DNA of 64,000 nucleotides from a bacterium (GTDB lineage Bacteria; Verrucomicrobiota; Kiritimatiellia; RFP12; UBA1067). The stretch is from positions 985 through 64,984 of the forward strand of contig JBAXOG010000005.1 of NCBI GenBank assembly GCA_037133395.1. Reading direction: 5' to 3'. The notes below the pieces were generated by a model that saw only the letters and a program-made list of their open reading frames with translations, ran no database searches and had not been told where the DNA came from. The translations under genes and the position numbers were made by a program. Shown here piece after piece: positions 1-9,734 of the stretch. Positions within the stretch are counted from its first letter, which is position 1. The number at the start of each line of letters is the position of its first letter.

Positions 1-645
1 AGCGTATTCACGGTGAATCCGGCCGCGGGGACGACCTTATGCATTGCAAACGGCTCCACGACCACGGGTACTCTTAATCTCAACGGTGGCTTGCTGACGA
101 CCTCGCGCAACATCACATCAGGGGCTACGGCTTCGCCGGGGAATTCCATCATTAATTTCAACGGCGCCACACTCAAAGCGGGCGCGGCCTTCACGATGTC
201 TGGCCTGACCCGCGCCAACGTACGCAATGGCGGGGCGATCATCGACAGCACAGGCGGCACCGTCACCATGACCCAGGCATTACTGCACTCCGATATTACC
301 GACGATGCAGCCACGGATGGCGGCCTGACCAAGCTGGGCACGGGCACGCTGATCCTTTCAGGCACGAACACGTACACCGGCGCAACGGTCGCTCAGGCCG
401 GCGTCTTGGAACTGTCCCGGACGAACGCGCTCTCATCCGCCACGGCGCTGGATATCCGCTCAGGGGCTGAAGTCCGCTTGTCGTTCACCGGGACGAACGT
501 TGTCTATTCGCTCACGGTCAACGGCATCACCAAGTCGCGCGGCGTCTATGCCGCAGGCAGCGTGGCGGGGCTGACGGGGACAGCGGGGGCGTATCTGCAG
601 ACCCTGCAACCACCGCCGAGGGGCACGATGGTTCGGTTCTTTTGA
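1..645 (+). CDS. 3' part of a PATR-type (autotransporter-associated beta-strand repeat) surface protein; the 5' end lies outside the window
   Basis: Frame 1 is open from base 1 to TGA 643-645. It has G/T/A/N-rich repeats such as LTKLGTGTLILSGTNTYTGAT. Bases 364-645 are near-identical to 28442-28723. The protein ends PPPRGTMVRFF. Confidence 0.8.
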   Translation, partial: SVFTVNPAAGTTLCIANGSTTTGTLNLNGGLLTTSRNITSGATASPGNSIINFNGATLKAGAAFTMSGLTRANVRNGGAIIDSTGGTVTMTQALLHSDITDDAATDGGLTKLGTGTLILSGTNTYTGATVAQAGVLELSRTNALSSATALDIRSGAEVRLSFTGTNVVYSLTVNGITKSRGVYAAGSVAGLTGTAGAYLQTLQPPPRGTMVRFF

Positions 646-689
646 GAAAACATAATATGACGACAAAACTTCAACAACAGGAGGCAAGC

Positions 690-3536
690 ATGATAAGGCG
701 CACCATAGGACATTGTCTTGCGGGTATAACGTTTATTGCAGGGGTTGCATCTGTTGCAAGGGCAGATGCTCTGGATCAGGGCTTTGTTACGCCGCCTGCT
801 TCGAATCGTCCGGCGGTTTATGGCTGGATTTGGCAGTGGAAGTATCCCAAGGAAGTCCTCACGCGGGATCTGGAGGAGATGAAGGCTCAAGGGATTACCT
901 CTTGCCTGCTCTACTATAACTGCGGTTTGAGTGTAAATCGGAAGGGCCAGAAGGTCGAGTATGGTGAAACCGAGAACCGGATCGTCCCGACCGACGAATA
1001 CGATGGCCCCGGTGCGTCAACCGCGCCGGAAATGGGGCCTCCCAGCGCAAAACCTTGGAGCGCGCCATGGCTTGAAACGGTCAAGCACCTGGCGGCTGAA
1101 GCGGCGCGGCTGAAGATTGATCTCGGCGTGACCACTGGACCCGCAGGATGTTATCGGGAGACCCTGTCCGATGAATATGGTGCACAAAAGCTCGTGTATT
1201 CAGCCACGGCGGTCAAGGGCGGGGCTCGCGTTGAGATCGACCTGCCGCTTTCAGAAAAGGTGCTTTTGCAGAAGGGTAAGAAAAGCCCGCGGTTCTATCG
1301 CGACATCGCCGTGCTTGCCGTCCCAGCGCAGGGGACAATTGCACCGGAGTCGGTTGTCGATCTGACCGGAAAGATGGACGCGCGCGGCAAGCTGGCCTGG
1401 GACGCTCCTACCGGAGAATGGAGCGTGCTGCGGTTGGGCCATAGCACCACGGGTACCTGGGCCCTGGATCATTTGAGCGCCGAGGCCTTCGACCGCAGAT
1501 GGGAGCAAACCATACTGCCTCTGATCCGCGACATGAACGACGCCGAACGGGCCGGCCTGCGTTTCATCGAGTGCGACAGTTACGAGGGCGGGGCGGAAAC
1601 CTGGACCACCCGCTTCCCAGAGGAATTCCGCCAGCGACGCGGCTACGACATCATTCCATGGTTGCCAGTCCTGGCAGGGCGTGTGGTTGGTGACAAGGGC
1701 CAAAGCGCGAGGTTCGATCGCGACTATCGCCTCACCATCAGTGACCTGTTCGCCGACAATCACTACGCACGACACGCTGCTCGAGCCAAGGAATCGGGCC
1801 TTCAATTCTGTGCCGAGGCGGCCGGACCGTGGCAGAGTCAGACGGATGTGCTCAAGTCGATGGCCCGGTGCGACGTTGCCATGGGCGAGTTCTGGATGCC
1901 GGGCGGTCACCGGGGGACTGGCGATTCCCGCCGGTTCCTGTTGCGCGATGCCGCGGCGGCGGCCCACGGATACGGCAAGGGGGAGGTCTTTTGCGAGGCA
2001 TTTACCGGCGGCTTCGATGCCTGGCAGGAGTCGCCCTTCCGCATGAAACCGTGTGCCGATCAGGCTTATTGCGACGGATTGACCCGCCCCTGCATCCACG
2101 GCTACAGCCTTTCCCCGTGGACCGACGGGGAACCGGGAGTTGTCTACGCGGTTGGCGAGTATGTGAATCGCCACGTGACGTGGTGGAATCAGTCGCATGC
2201 GTTTTTTGATTATCTCGCCCGCTGTTCATTCATGTCGCGGCAAGGCGTCTTCGCCGCCGACGTAGCCGTGTTTACCGGCGAAAGCATCGGCATACAAATG
2301 CCGCGCAAGGAGTCATGGGATGCACTCATCCAGCCGAATTCCCGGGTCCGCGGTGCCCATGACTACGATCACGTGAATTCTGAAATCCTGCTGAAACGCA
2401 TGAATGTGTCTGATGGGCGGATTGTGCTTCCCGATGGCCTGGCCTACCGGCTGCTGGTTCTCGAAAAATGCGATGCGCTTTCTCTTCCCGTGTTGCGCAA
2501 GATGGCCGAGATGGTCGAAGCCGGCGCGACGATTTCCGGTCTTCCGCCGCGCGAACCGTTCGGGCACAAGGATGATCCCGCGGAGTTTGCTTCCCTGATT
2601 TCCCGGCTTTGGGGAGCGAAATCGTCCGAGAAATCAGGCGAGCATATGCTGGGCAAAGGGAAGGTGGTTTGGGGAACTCCCGTATTGCAGGTGCTTGCCG
2701 ACATGGGCGTCACACCCGATTTCGAGTGTCGTGGAGTCAGTCCAAAAGGTCGTATCGATTGGATTCACCGCAAGACAGCCGACGGCGACATTTACTATGT
2801 CGCAAGTCTCTGGCAGCCGGTGGAACAGATCGAATGCATGTTCCGCACCAGCGGCAAGGTGCCCGAACTGTGGGATCCGGTTACAGGAGTGATGCGGGAG
2901 GCCGGCAACTTCCGCATCGAAAACGGACGTACCATCGTGCCGCTTCGCCTGGATCCTTGCGGTTCGACCTTTGTGGTCTTCCGGAAACCGACCGGCCAGA
3001 CAAGCCGTAACGGCAAGAACTGGTATGATCACCGCCTCCTTCAGCAGATCGATGGTTCTTGGGCCGTCAGGTTTAATCCGGCCTGGTTTTATCCGAAACC
3101 ATCCGGGATTGAAGATGCTCGAATGGTTTTCGAGAAACTTGATGATTGGACCCGGCACAGCGAACCTGCTGTCAAATATTTCTCGGGACGAGCCGTTTAT
3201 GAAAAAGAGTTCAGTATTACGAATTTGCCTTCACAAGGGCGTGTCTTCCTGGACCTTGGCAGTGTCGGCACTCTTGCCGATGTGTGCGTCAACGGCCACG
3301 ATCTGGGCGTGCTCTGGACGCCTCCGTTCCGGGTCGATGTAACCGATGCCGTCAAGACCGGCGTCAACCATCTTGAAATCGGCGTCGTAAATTTATGGCC
3401 GAATCGGCTCACAGGCGACACCTTTTTGCCCGAAGCGCAGCGCCGAACACGTACCAACATGACTAAATACACTCAATCGAGCAAGTTGATCCCATCCGGT
3501 CTGCTCGGCTCAGTCCGGGTGATGGTTGGGGAATGA
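690..3536 (+). CDS. Secreted glycoside hydrolase, GH106-like (putative alpha-L-rhamnosidase type, with a GH2-like sugar-binding C-terminus)
   Basis: The ORF track gives 642..3536. I prefer ATG 690, which follows AGGAGG (679-684) after a 5-nt spacer and yields the signal peptide MIRRTIGHCLAGITFIAGVASVARA. Motifs include ECDSYEGG, EFWMPG and a C-terminal VNG..LG..W.PP...DVT...G.N.LEI.V.NLWPNRL.GD jelly-roll. It is a paralogue of 5515..8373. The family call is from memory of the Pfam Glyco_hydro_106 pattern. Confidence 0.6.
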   Translation: MIRRTIGHCLAGITFIAGVASVARADALDQGFVTPPASNRPAVYGWIWQWKYPKEVLTRDLEEMKAQGITSCLLYYNCGLSVNRKGQKVEYGETENRIVPTDEYDGPGASTAPEMGPPSAKPWSAPWLETVKHLAAEAARLKIDLGVTTGPAGCYRETLSDEYGAQKLVYSATAVKGGARVEIDLPLSEKVLLQKGKKSPRFYRDIAVLAVPAQGTIAPESVVDLTGKMDARGKLAWDAPTGEWSVLRLGHSTTGTWALDHLSAEAFDRRWEQTILPLIRDMNDAERAGLRFIECDSYEGGAETWTTRFPEEFRQRRGYDIIPWLPVLAGRVVGDKGQSARFDRDYRLTISDLFADNHYARHAARAKESGLQFCAEAAGPWQSQTDVLKSMARCDVAMGEFWMPGGHRGTGDSRRFLLRDAAAAAHGYGKGEVFCEAFTGGFDAWQESPFRMKPCADQAYCDGLTRPCIHGYSLSPWTDGEPGVVYAVGEYVNRHVTWWNQSHAFFDYLARCSFMSRQGVFAADVAVFTGESIGIQMPRKESWDALIQPNSRVRGAHDYDHVNSEILLKRMNVSDGRIVLPDGLAYRLLVLEKCDALSLPVLRKMAEMVEAGATISGLPPREPFGHKDDPAEFASLISRLWGAKSSEKSGEHMLGKGKVVWGTPVLQVLADMGVTPDFECRGVSPKGRIDWIHRKTADGDIYYVASLWQPVEQIECMFRTSGKVPELWDPVTGVMREAGNFRIENGRTIVPLRLDPCGSTFVVFRKPTGQTSRNGKNWYDHRLLQQIDGSWAVRFNPAWFYPKPSGIEDARMVFEKLDDWTRHSEPAVKYFSGRAVYEKEFSITNLPSQGRVFLDLGSVGTLADVCVNGHDLGVLWTPPFRVDVTDAVKTGVNHLEIGVVNLWPNRLTGDTFLPEAQRRTRTNMTKYTQSSKLIPSGLLGSVRVMVGE

Positions 3537-3573
3537 ACAACAAAGGAAAGACAAGAGATAAAACAAGTTGTTT

Positions 3574-3653
3574 CACCACGAAGAACACGAAGAGCACGAA
3601 GTTTGGTTGTTAAATCAATCAGCCTTCGTGGCCTTCGGGAACTTCGTGGTGAG
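3574..3653. repeat. Intergenic long-hairpin repeat, copy H1 (arms built from tandem 9-bp NCACGAAGA units)
   Basis: Left arm caccacgaagaacacgaagagcacgaag (3574-3601) pairs with right arm ccttcgtggccttcgggaacttcgtggtgag (3623-3653). It lies directly after the stop of the upstream gene. Related copies are at 28768, 39489 and 41405. Confidence 0.75.
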
Positions 3654-3679
3654 AATTCTGGATCAGGCAGGGAGTTACG

Positions 3680-5518
3680 ATGAAACACGCTTCAGTATAT
3701 TGGGCAGGCTGTCTGCTTCTGCTTGCCGCGGCCGGGACGGTCGCGCAAGGCAGGGATGGAGGAGACGTGCCGGAACGCACGATGGAGGCCTTGCGGGCAG
3801 TCATTGCAGAGGGTATTGCCTCGAAGTCGCCGCGCATTGTGATTCCGCCGGGCCTATACAGGGGGGGGCCACTCCCCTGTTCCGCCAACTCGTCAGCCAC
3901 CGGCCTCTCAGATAAGAATGTCCATCTGCTCCTCGCCAACCTCACCAATACCGTGCTTATCGCCGAGGGGGTCGACATGCTCTGCACGGATCCTACCCGA
4001 GCCATCACCCTCAGAAATTGCAAAAATGTCGAACTCCGGGGGCTTACGGTGGATTACGACCCGTTGCCCTTCACGCAAGGCGACATCGTGGAGGTAAACG
4101 GTTCGGAAGGTTGGCTGGATGTCAAGATCCATGCCGGGTATCCGGTCAGGGCGCAGGGGCGCATCGACATCGTCGACCGCCAGACGCGGTTTCGGCGCGA
4201 GAACATGCCGTTCATGTGGGGGAGCAAACCGGAACTGCGGAGCGGAGGGGTTGTGCGGATACACAACCGGTCAGCCGCCGGTTTCGCCAGGGCGGGGGAT
4301 ATGGCCTCGCTGTCAGGGAATATGCACTATGCGCTGGCCCACACCATCGGCATCGAGGCGTGTGACGGCGTGGTGCTGCGGAATGTCAGCGTCTATTCGT
4401 CTAACTGCATGGGGATCATCGCGGGCGGGGGAGAGGGCGGACACCAGTTTGTCGCATGCCGCGTGGTTCCCGGACCCCCTCCGAAAGGCGCCGTCGAGCC
4501 CCGCCTTCTGAGCACGAATGCCGATGCGATTCTGACGAAACGGATGCGGAAAGGCGTGCTCACGGAAGGCTGTGAGATCCGCGACGCTGGTGACGATTCA
4601 TGGAGCGTCACGTCCCCAAGTTTCGTGATCCTGAAAAAGGAGGGGAGGACGCTCTACCTCACGCCGTGGCAGACAGACTCACCCATCCCCGGCGATCACC
4701 TGTGCGCGTCGCTGGACACGCCCTTGCTGGCCGTCAAAACCGTCGCGGCCGTTTCCGCCACGAGCGTTGAACTTTCGGCGGCGATGCGGCAACAGGTGAC
4801 GAACGCCGCGTCAGAGCTCCGTCTCTCCCTGAAAGCAGGGTTCAAGAACGAGGGCATGCTCTGCAAGGTGGAGATGGAGCGGGACGTCCCCTGGGGTGAG
4901 GGAGCGTCCCTCTACTGTCCCGACCGACAGGGGAACGGCTTCATTTTCCGCAACAACAGGGTGCGCAGCTCCGGACGCATTCTCATTAAAGCCTCTGGAC
5001 TCGTCGAGGGGAACACCCTTGAGCGAATTAAGGCGATCGTCGTGCGTCCGGAGGTGCCGCGGCGTGCCGCCGCGGGCATCGCCGAGATCGTCATCCGCAA
5101 CAACACGATCATCGACGCCAATATGCAAACACCCTCTTCCGGACGCGTGCAGGCGGGCGCCGTTTGCGTGGCAGCGGAGGGCGAGAAGGGCCAGCCGCGG
5201 CCGGCCGGCATTTTCGGACGCGTGGTGATCGAGGGCAACACGATCCGGGGAGGCAATGGCGCGGCTGTCGTCGTCACCTCAGCCAAGGAGGTTCGGATCG
5301 CCAACAACCGTCTTGAGACTCCCCTGCACGTCGAGCCCAACGACAACGGAAGCGGCTATGGTGTGGACAACCATGCGCTTTATTGGTTCGCCACCTGCGG
5401 TAGTGTCTTCCTCGAAGGGAATACGGTGGTGAAGCCAGGTCCCTTCCTGAGCACCGAGGTCGGGCGGGGGCCGGGCGTCGCGCAGATCAGGGAAGCGCCG
5501 AAACGAGATCAGAAATGA
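3680..5518 (+). CDS. Secreted right-handed parallel beta-helix protein (putative glycan hydrolase or lyase; family unresolved)
   Basis: 612-aa ORF with an N-terminal signal-like segment (WAGCLLLLAAAGTVAQG). It carries the motif LRGLTVDYDPLPFTQGDIVEV and later repetitive N/G/V-rich turns (IRNNTI, IEGNTI, IANNRL). It is a paralogue of 29781..31535. Confidence 0.65.
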   Translation: MKHASVYWAGCLLLLAAAGTVAQGRDGGDVPERTMEALRAVIAEGIASKSPRIVIPPGLYRGGPLPCSANSSATGLSDKNVHLLLANLTNTVLIAEGVDMLCTDPTRAITLRNCKNVELRGLTVDYDPLPFTQGDIVEVNGSEGWLDVKIHAGYPVRAQGRIDIVDRQTRFRRENMPFMWGSKPELRSGGVVRIHNRSAAGFARAGDMASLSGNMHYALAHTIGIEACDGVVLRNVSVYSSNCMGIIAGGGEGGHQFVACRVVPGPPPKGAVEPRLLSTNADAILTKRMRKGVLTEGCEIRDAGDDSWSVTSPSFVILKKEGRTLYLTPWQTDSPIPGDHLCASLDTPLLAVKTVAAVSATSVELSAAMRQQVTNAASELRLSLKAGFKNEGMLCKVEMERDVPWGEGASLYCPDRQGNGFIFRNNRVRSSGRILIKASGLVEGNTLERIKAIVVRPEVPRRAAAGIAEIVIRNNTIIDANMQTPSSGRVQAGAVCVAAEGEKGQPRPAGIFGRVVIEGNTIRGGNGAAVVVTSAKEVRIANNRLETPLHVEPNDNGSGYGVDNHALYWFATCGSVFLEGNTVVKPGPFLSTEVGRGPGVAQIREAPKRDQK

Positions 5519-8373
5519 ACCTCTCGTACCCCACCTATATGAAACACAAAAACACAGTATGCCTGGGGGCCAAAATCCTCGGCATGTTAGCAATCCTCCA
5601 GACCGCGGCGCTGGCCTTGGGCGCCGATTCGCTTGAACGCGATTTCTTGAATCCACCTGCCATGCACCGCCCTGCCACCTTTGCCTTCATGCATACCACG
5701 GGAGGCCCCGTGGCCGACCAGGCCATTTGCCGGGATATTGAAGAGATGAAGAAGAAGGGGATTAGCTCGGTTCTCTTTTACTTCCCCTATTTTGCTGGTG
5801 GGACGCTGAGCAACAAAAAGCTGGTTTTTGGCGAGAGCGAAGATCAGGTGGTGTCCACGGAGGAGTACAAGGGTCCCGGGGCCATCAGCGAAACCTATCC
5901 GCCGACTCCGCGGGGCTGGAGCCCTGAATGGCGCAAAACGCTTCGGCTGGCTTCAAAAGAATGTGGGCGCCTCGGAGTGGAAATGGGGATAAGCATGGGG
6001 GGGGCCGGCTGTGAGAACTCCAATGGCTCCCCGACGAGCGCGCAAAAGAATTGGGTGGTTTCCTCCACTCGGGTGACCGGGACCACGGAGGTTGACCTCC
6101 CCTTGGCAAAGGAAGTTTTTGATGCCAAGGGCAAGGCGCTCCCTTATGTGGATACTTTCGTCCTTGCCCTGCCCGATTCCAAACAGACGTCCCCGGACAA
6201 AATCCAGGATCTCACGGGGAAGATGGACGCTAAAGGCCGCCTCAACTGGAATGCGCCAGCAGGCGATTGGGTTGTCCTTCGGTTTGGCTATGTGCAAGCA
6301 GGCCGCTATATCGATCACCTGAGTGCCGAGGCCCTTAACGAAAAATGGGACAACACAATGGCGGTTCTATTGGCGGAAATGTCTCCCGAGGAACGCAAAG
6401 GCCTTTCTTATGTGGAATGCGACAGCTACGAAGGCGGACCCCAAACGTGGACCCCGAAGTTGCCGGAGGAATTCCGCAACCGGCGTGGTTATGATCTCAA
6501 GCCGTGGCTGCCTGTGCTTGCAGGCAAGGTGGTGGGGTCGCCCCTTCAGAGCGCCTGCTTCAAACGGGATTACGAGCTAACCATTAGCGATCTTTATGCC
6601 TCCAATCATTACGCCCGCCATACGGCCCTGGCTAACGCCAACGGGCTAAATTTTTGCAGCGAAGCGGCAGGGCCGCATCAAGCCCAAACTGATGTGCTCA
6701 AAAGCCTCTCCCAGTGCCAAATCGCCATGGGCGAATTCTGGACTCCCGGAACCCACCGGGGAACGGGCGACGCCAGTCGGTTCCTGCTTCGCGATGCGGC
6801 GGCCGCGGCTCATGGGTATGGGAAGAGGGACGTGTTCTGCGAGGCGTTCACGGGAGGTCGGGATCCCTGGCAGGTCACCCCCTATCGCATGAAGCCGGCA
6901 GGTGATCAGGCATTTTGTGATGGGCTTACCCGGCCCTGCATTCACGGTTACAACATTTCCCCGTGGCCGGATTCCAAACCGGGATTAGCGTATTGGGCAG
7001 GGGTTTATTTCAATCGCCAGACGACTTGGTGGGATCAGGCCGCCGCTCCTTTCCTGGAGTATCTGGGGCGTTGCTCCGATCTCTTGAGCCAAGGGCTTTT
7101 TGTGGCTGATGTGGCCTACTACACGGGAGATGGCATTGGCCAACTGCTCCCATTCAAAGCCGCTTACAAGGACTTCCCCGGGGATCTCTACGATTACGAC
7201 CGGATGAACGCTGATATCCTGCTCACCCGGGTCGACGTCGCCAACGGCCGCTTGGTTCTTCCCGATGGGATGAGCTATCGCCTCCTGGTTCTTCAGGATA
7301 AAGTGCCCTTCCAGCTTGCGACCTTGAAGAAGTTCCGGGCTTTGATTGAGAAGGGGGCTGTCGTTTTGGGGAACCGACCCACGGAACCATTCGGGCTTTT
7401 GGACGATCCGGAATGCTTCCGCCTTGCCACGGATGAAATTTGGGGAACGGAACAGACTGGCGCCACGGGGTCTCGTGCCTTGGGCAAAGGGCGGATTATC
7501 TGGGGGAAATCCCTGCAGGAGGTCCTTGCTGCAGAAGCCGTTGAACCCGATATCGAGATCACGGGCAAAAGTGCGAAAGGGATCATCCGTTGGATTCACC
7601 GGCATCTGGAGGACGCGGAGATCTACTTCCTTTGCAGCCGCTGGGAACCGCTGGAGCATGTGGAGTGTTCCTTCCGGATTGCGGGCAAAGTTCCAGAAAT
7701 TTGGAATCCGCTGACCGGCAAGATCCAGGAAGCACATGCATTCCGGCAGGAAAAGAACCGCACGGTGGTGCCGCTGGAGTTTGAGCCTTATGGATCCACC
7801 TTCATCGTCTTCCGCAAACCCACCTCCGAAACGGCACGTTCAGGAAAAAACGGGTGGGAGTTCGAGTCCGTGCAGACTTTGAGTGGCCCGTGGACGGTGC
7901 AGTTCGACCCTGAGTGGTTCTATGCCTCTCATCCGGGGAAGCTGGCCACAACGCTGCAATTTGAGTACTTGAGCGACTGGACCAGCCACCCTCTTGAGGC
8001 AGTGAAGTTCTACAGCGGAACGGCGACTTATCGGAAAGAATTCATAGCACCACAAATCGAGGGGTCGCTCTATCTGGACTTGGGGGAGGTTTGGGATGTT
8101 GCCTGCGTGCGCTTGAATGGGACGTCGGTGGGAACGTGTTGGACAAAGCCGAATCGGCTGGAAATCACCCGGGCACTCAAATCCGGACAAAACGTGTTGG
8201 AAGTGGACGTGGTCAATCAATGGCCCAACCGTCTCATCGGCGACAGTTTTCTCCCCAAGGAACAACGCCGAACCCGCACTAACATCAAATACACACAAAC
8301 CGCGCACTTATATCCCTCCGGCCTGCTCGGCCCCGTCCAATTGCTGAGGATCCGGCCCCCGCAGGGGCCATGA
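5515..8373 (+). CDS. Secreted glycoside hydrolase, GH106-like; paralogue of 690..3536
   Basis: 952-aa ORF. ATG 5515 overlaps the upstream TGA as ATGA; ATG 5539 (MKHKNTV..) is an alternative start. It is collinear with 690..3536 (ECDSYEGG, EFWTPG, VVNQWPNRLIGD). Confidence 0.6.
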   Translation: MNLSYPTYMKHKNTVCLGAKILGMLAILQTAALALGADSLERDFLNPPAMHRPATFAFMHTTGGPVADQAICRDIEEMKKKGISSVLFYFPYFAGGTLSNKKLVFGESEDQVVSTEEYKGPGAISETYPPTPRGWSPEWRKTLRLASKECGRLGVEMGISMGGAGCENSNGSPTSAQKNWVVSSTRVTGTTEVDLPLAKEVFDAKGKALPYVDTFVLALPDSKQTSPDKIQDLTGKMDAKGRLNWNAPAGDWVVLRFGYVQAGRYIDHLSAEALNEKWDNTMAVLLAEMSPEERKGLSYVECDSYEGGPQTWTPKLPEEFRNRRGYDLKPWLPVLAGKVVGSPLQSACFKRDYELTISDLYASNHYARHTALANANGLNFCSEAAGPHQAQTDVLKSLSQCQIAMGEFWTPGTHRGTGDASRFLLRDAAAAAHGYGKRDVFCEAFTGGRDPWQVTPYRMKPAGDQAFCDGLTRPCIHGYNISPWPDSKPGLAYWAGVYFNRQTTWWDQAAAPFLEYLGRCSDLLSQGLFVADVAYYTGDGIGQLLPFKAAYKDFPGDLYDYDRMNADILLTRVDVANGRLVLPDGMSYRLLVLQDKVPFQLATLKKFRALIEKGAVVLGNRPTEPFGLLDDPECFRLATDEIWGTEQTGATGSRALGKGRIIWGKSLQEVLAAEAVEPDIEITGKSAKGIIRWIHRHLEDAEIYFLCSRWEPLEHVECSFRIAGKVPEIWNPLTGKIQEAHAFRQEKNRTVVPLEFEPYGSTFIVFRKPTSETARSGKNGWEFESVQTLSGPWTVQFDPEWFYASHPGKLATTLQFEYLSDWTSHPLEAVKFYSGTATYRKEFIAPQIEGSLYLDLGEVWDVACVRLNGTSVGTCWTKPNRLEITRALKSGQNVLEVDVVNQWPNRLIGDSFLPKEQRRTRTNIKYTQTAHLYPSGLLGPVQLLRIRPPQGP

Positions 8374-8421
8374 ACAGGATCGGGGACATTCCTTTCCCGC
8401 AGCACGGTGCCCCAGAAAATG

Positions 8422-8803
8422 GGTACAGGGGGACAGACAATGCTTACACCCCGTGAGCTTTGCGGGCTCTGTGAGAAAAAACGGCTACACATTTTCAGGA
8501 AACGCGCTTTTCGCAAAATAGCCGCCATTCTTGGGTGCCCCTTTGAAGACAATGCTTCCCTCCTCCGATAGTTCTTTCAGATAACGCTGTGTGGTACGAA
8601 GGCTGATGGCCAGATGTTTCGTTGCCGTGGGAGCATTGATGCCCTGATGGGTCTTGATCACATTCTGCAGGCTGGTTTTTATTGATTTTACACCGCCACG
8701 GATCCCTGCCTTTACACCGCCAAATAGGGATTTTACACCGCCATGTGCGTGGCGCGAAAAAGGGGGTTCTCCAAAGGGGTACAGGGGGACAGACAATGCT
8801 TAC
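8422..8803. repeat. Duplicated segment, copy A: 26-bp motif X, then a wHTH gene fragment, then motif X again
   Basis: ggtacagggggacagacaatgcttac occurs at 8422-8447 and again at 8778-8803. The sequence in between is near-identical to 10872-11150. Confidence 0.8.
8485..8796 (-). pseudogene. 3'-terminal fragment of a winged-helix (RecG-like/AlbA_2-associated C-terminal HTH type) regulator gene
   Basis: Only about 100 aa are present. They end ..KHLAISLRTTQRYLKELSEEGSIVFKGAPKNGGYFAK, the typical C-terminal wHTH of much longer proteins, preceded by GGVK tandem units. No N-terminal domain is present. A duplicate lies at 10909..11175. Confidence 0.5.
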
Positions 8804-8943
8804 CCTTTTTCCCCCTCGATTATCTATAATTGCTTTCACCCTCAAAGAGATGTTATTCTTTTAACTGCTTAAGCCATAGTGGGCGTTGTTAAGTCGTTTA
8901 GGACGTGAGACATTAACAGCAAATCGAAGGAGGAACGAAGATC

Positions 8944-9696
8944 GTGCGTAAGAAAACACTGCTAAAAGAAATCCTGCACACTCGGGGCCTTCCAGAACTG
9001 AAGGCGCGTTGCGCCTATTTTGATGTCGGATCTTTGCGGGCGTGGCTGAAGAAAGAACGCATCGCGTTTAATTGTGTCACTGTGAATCGATACATGACCG
9101 ACTTCGTGAAGGACGGTATCGTCTGGAGTGCCGGACGGGGCTGGTACAGCTTCATCCCGACCGCGATCCAACTCGATGCAGAACCGCTGACGGAGATGAA
9201 GAAAGACCTTCAGGAACGCTTCCCGCTCCTCGATTTCGCTTGCTGGTCCACGCAGCAGATCAACCCTTACATGCACCACATGCTGGGCAAGTTTGTGACC
9301 TTCGTGCTTGCTCCTGCTGATACCTTGACTTCGGTTTTTGACCACCTGCGCGAGCGCGACTATTCGGTTTATCTCAATCCGAATGAAAAGGAGGTAGCCA
9401 AGACCTTCAAAGTCGATTCCAAGACTGTCGTACTCCGTAAGCTCAATACCCTTCACGAGCCAGTCCAGGATCACCAACTCCGTCTCGAAATCTTGTTGGT
9501 CGACTTGAGTCAGGAGTCGGAACGGCTCTTCCTGATGGACAAGGCTGAGTACCAGCAAATGGCATCCCGCCTGATCATGTCAGGACGTATCGATCTGGCC
9601 TCCTTGGCCTCCTACGCGAAGGTTCTGGGAACCGACTTCAAAGACCTATTCCAAAACAGGGAATCAATTATCTCTTGTTTTTTGAAAAAAAAGTAG
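8944..9696 (+). CDS. Putative AbiEi-like antitoxin/regulator of a type IV toxin-antitoxin pair
   Basis: 250-aa ORF with a GTG start 9 nt after GAAGGAGGA. The N-terminus resembles a wHTH with ..DGIVWSAGRGWYSF (RGxY-type motif). It sits directly upstream of an AbiEii-type nucleotidyltransferase gene. Confidence 0.55.
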   Translation: MRKKTLLKEILHTRGLPELKARCAYFDVGSLRAWLKKERIAFNCVTVNRYMTDFVKDGIVWSAGRGWYSFIPTAIQLDAEPLTEMKKDLQERFPLLDFACWSTQQINPYMHHMLGKFVTFVLAPADTLTSVFDHLRERDYSVYLNPNEKEVAKTFKVDSKTVVLRKLNTLHEPVQDHQLRLEILLVDLSQESERLFLMDKAEYQQMASRLIMSGRIDLASLASYAKVLGTDFKDLFQNRESIISCFLKKK

Positions 9697-9734
9697 TTAA
9701 TTGATTTGTAGTTTTTAACTCTTTCGTAATTAGC

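Noticed and set aside
3568-3915. 115-aa plus-strand ORF beginning MFHHEEHEEHEV
   Set aside because: The N-terminus is simply the translation of the 9-bp CACGAAG hairpin repeat. The rest overlaps the well-supported beta-helix gene 3680..5518 in another frame. I treat it as spurious.
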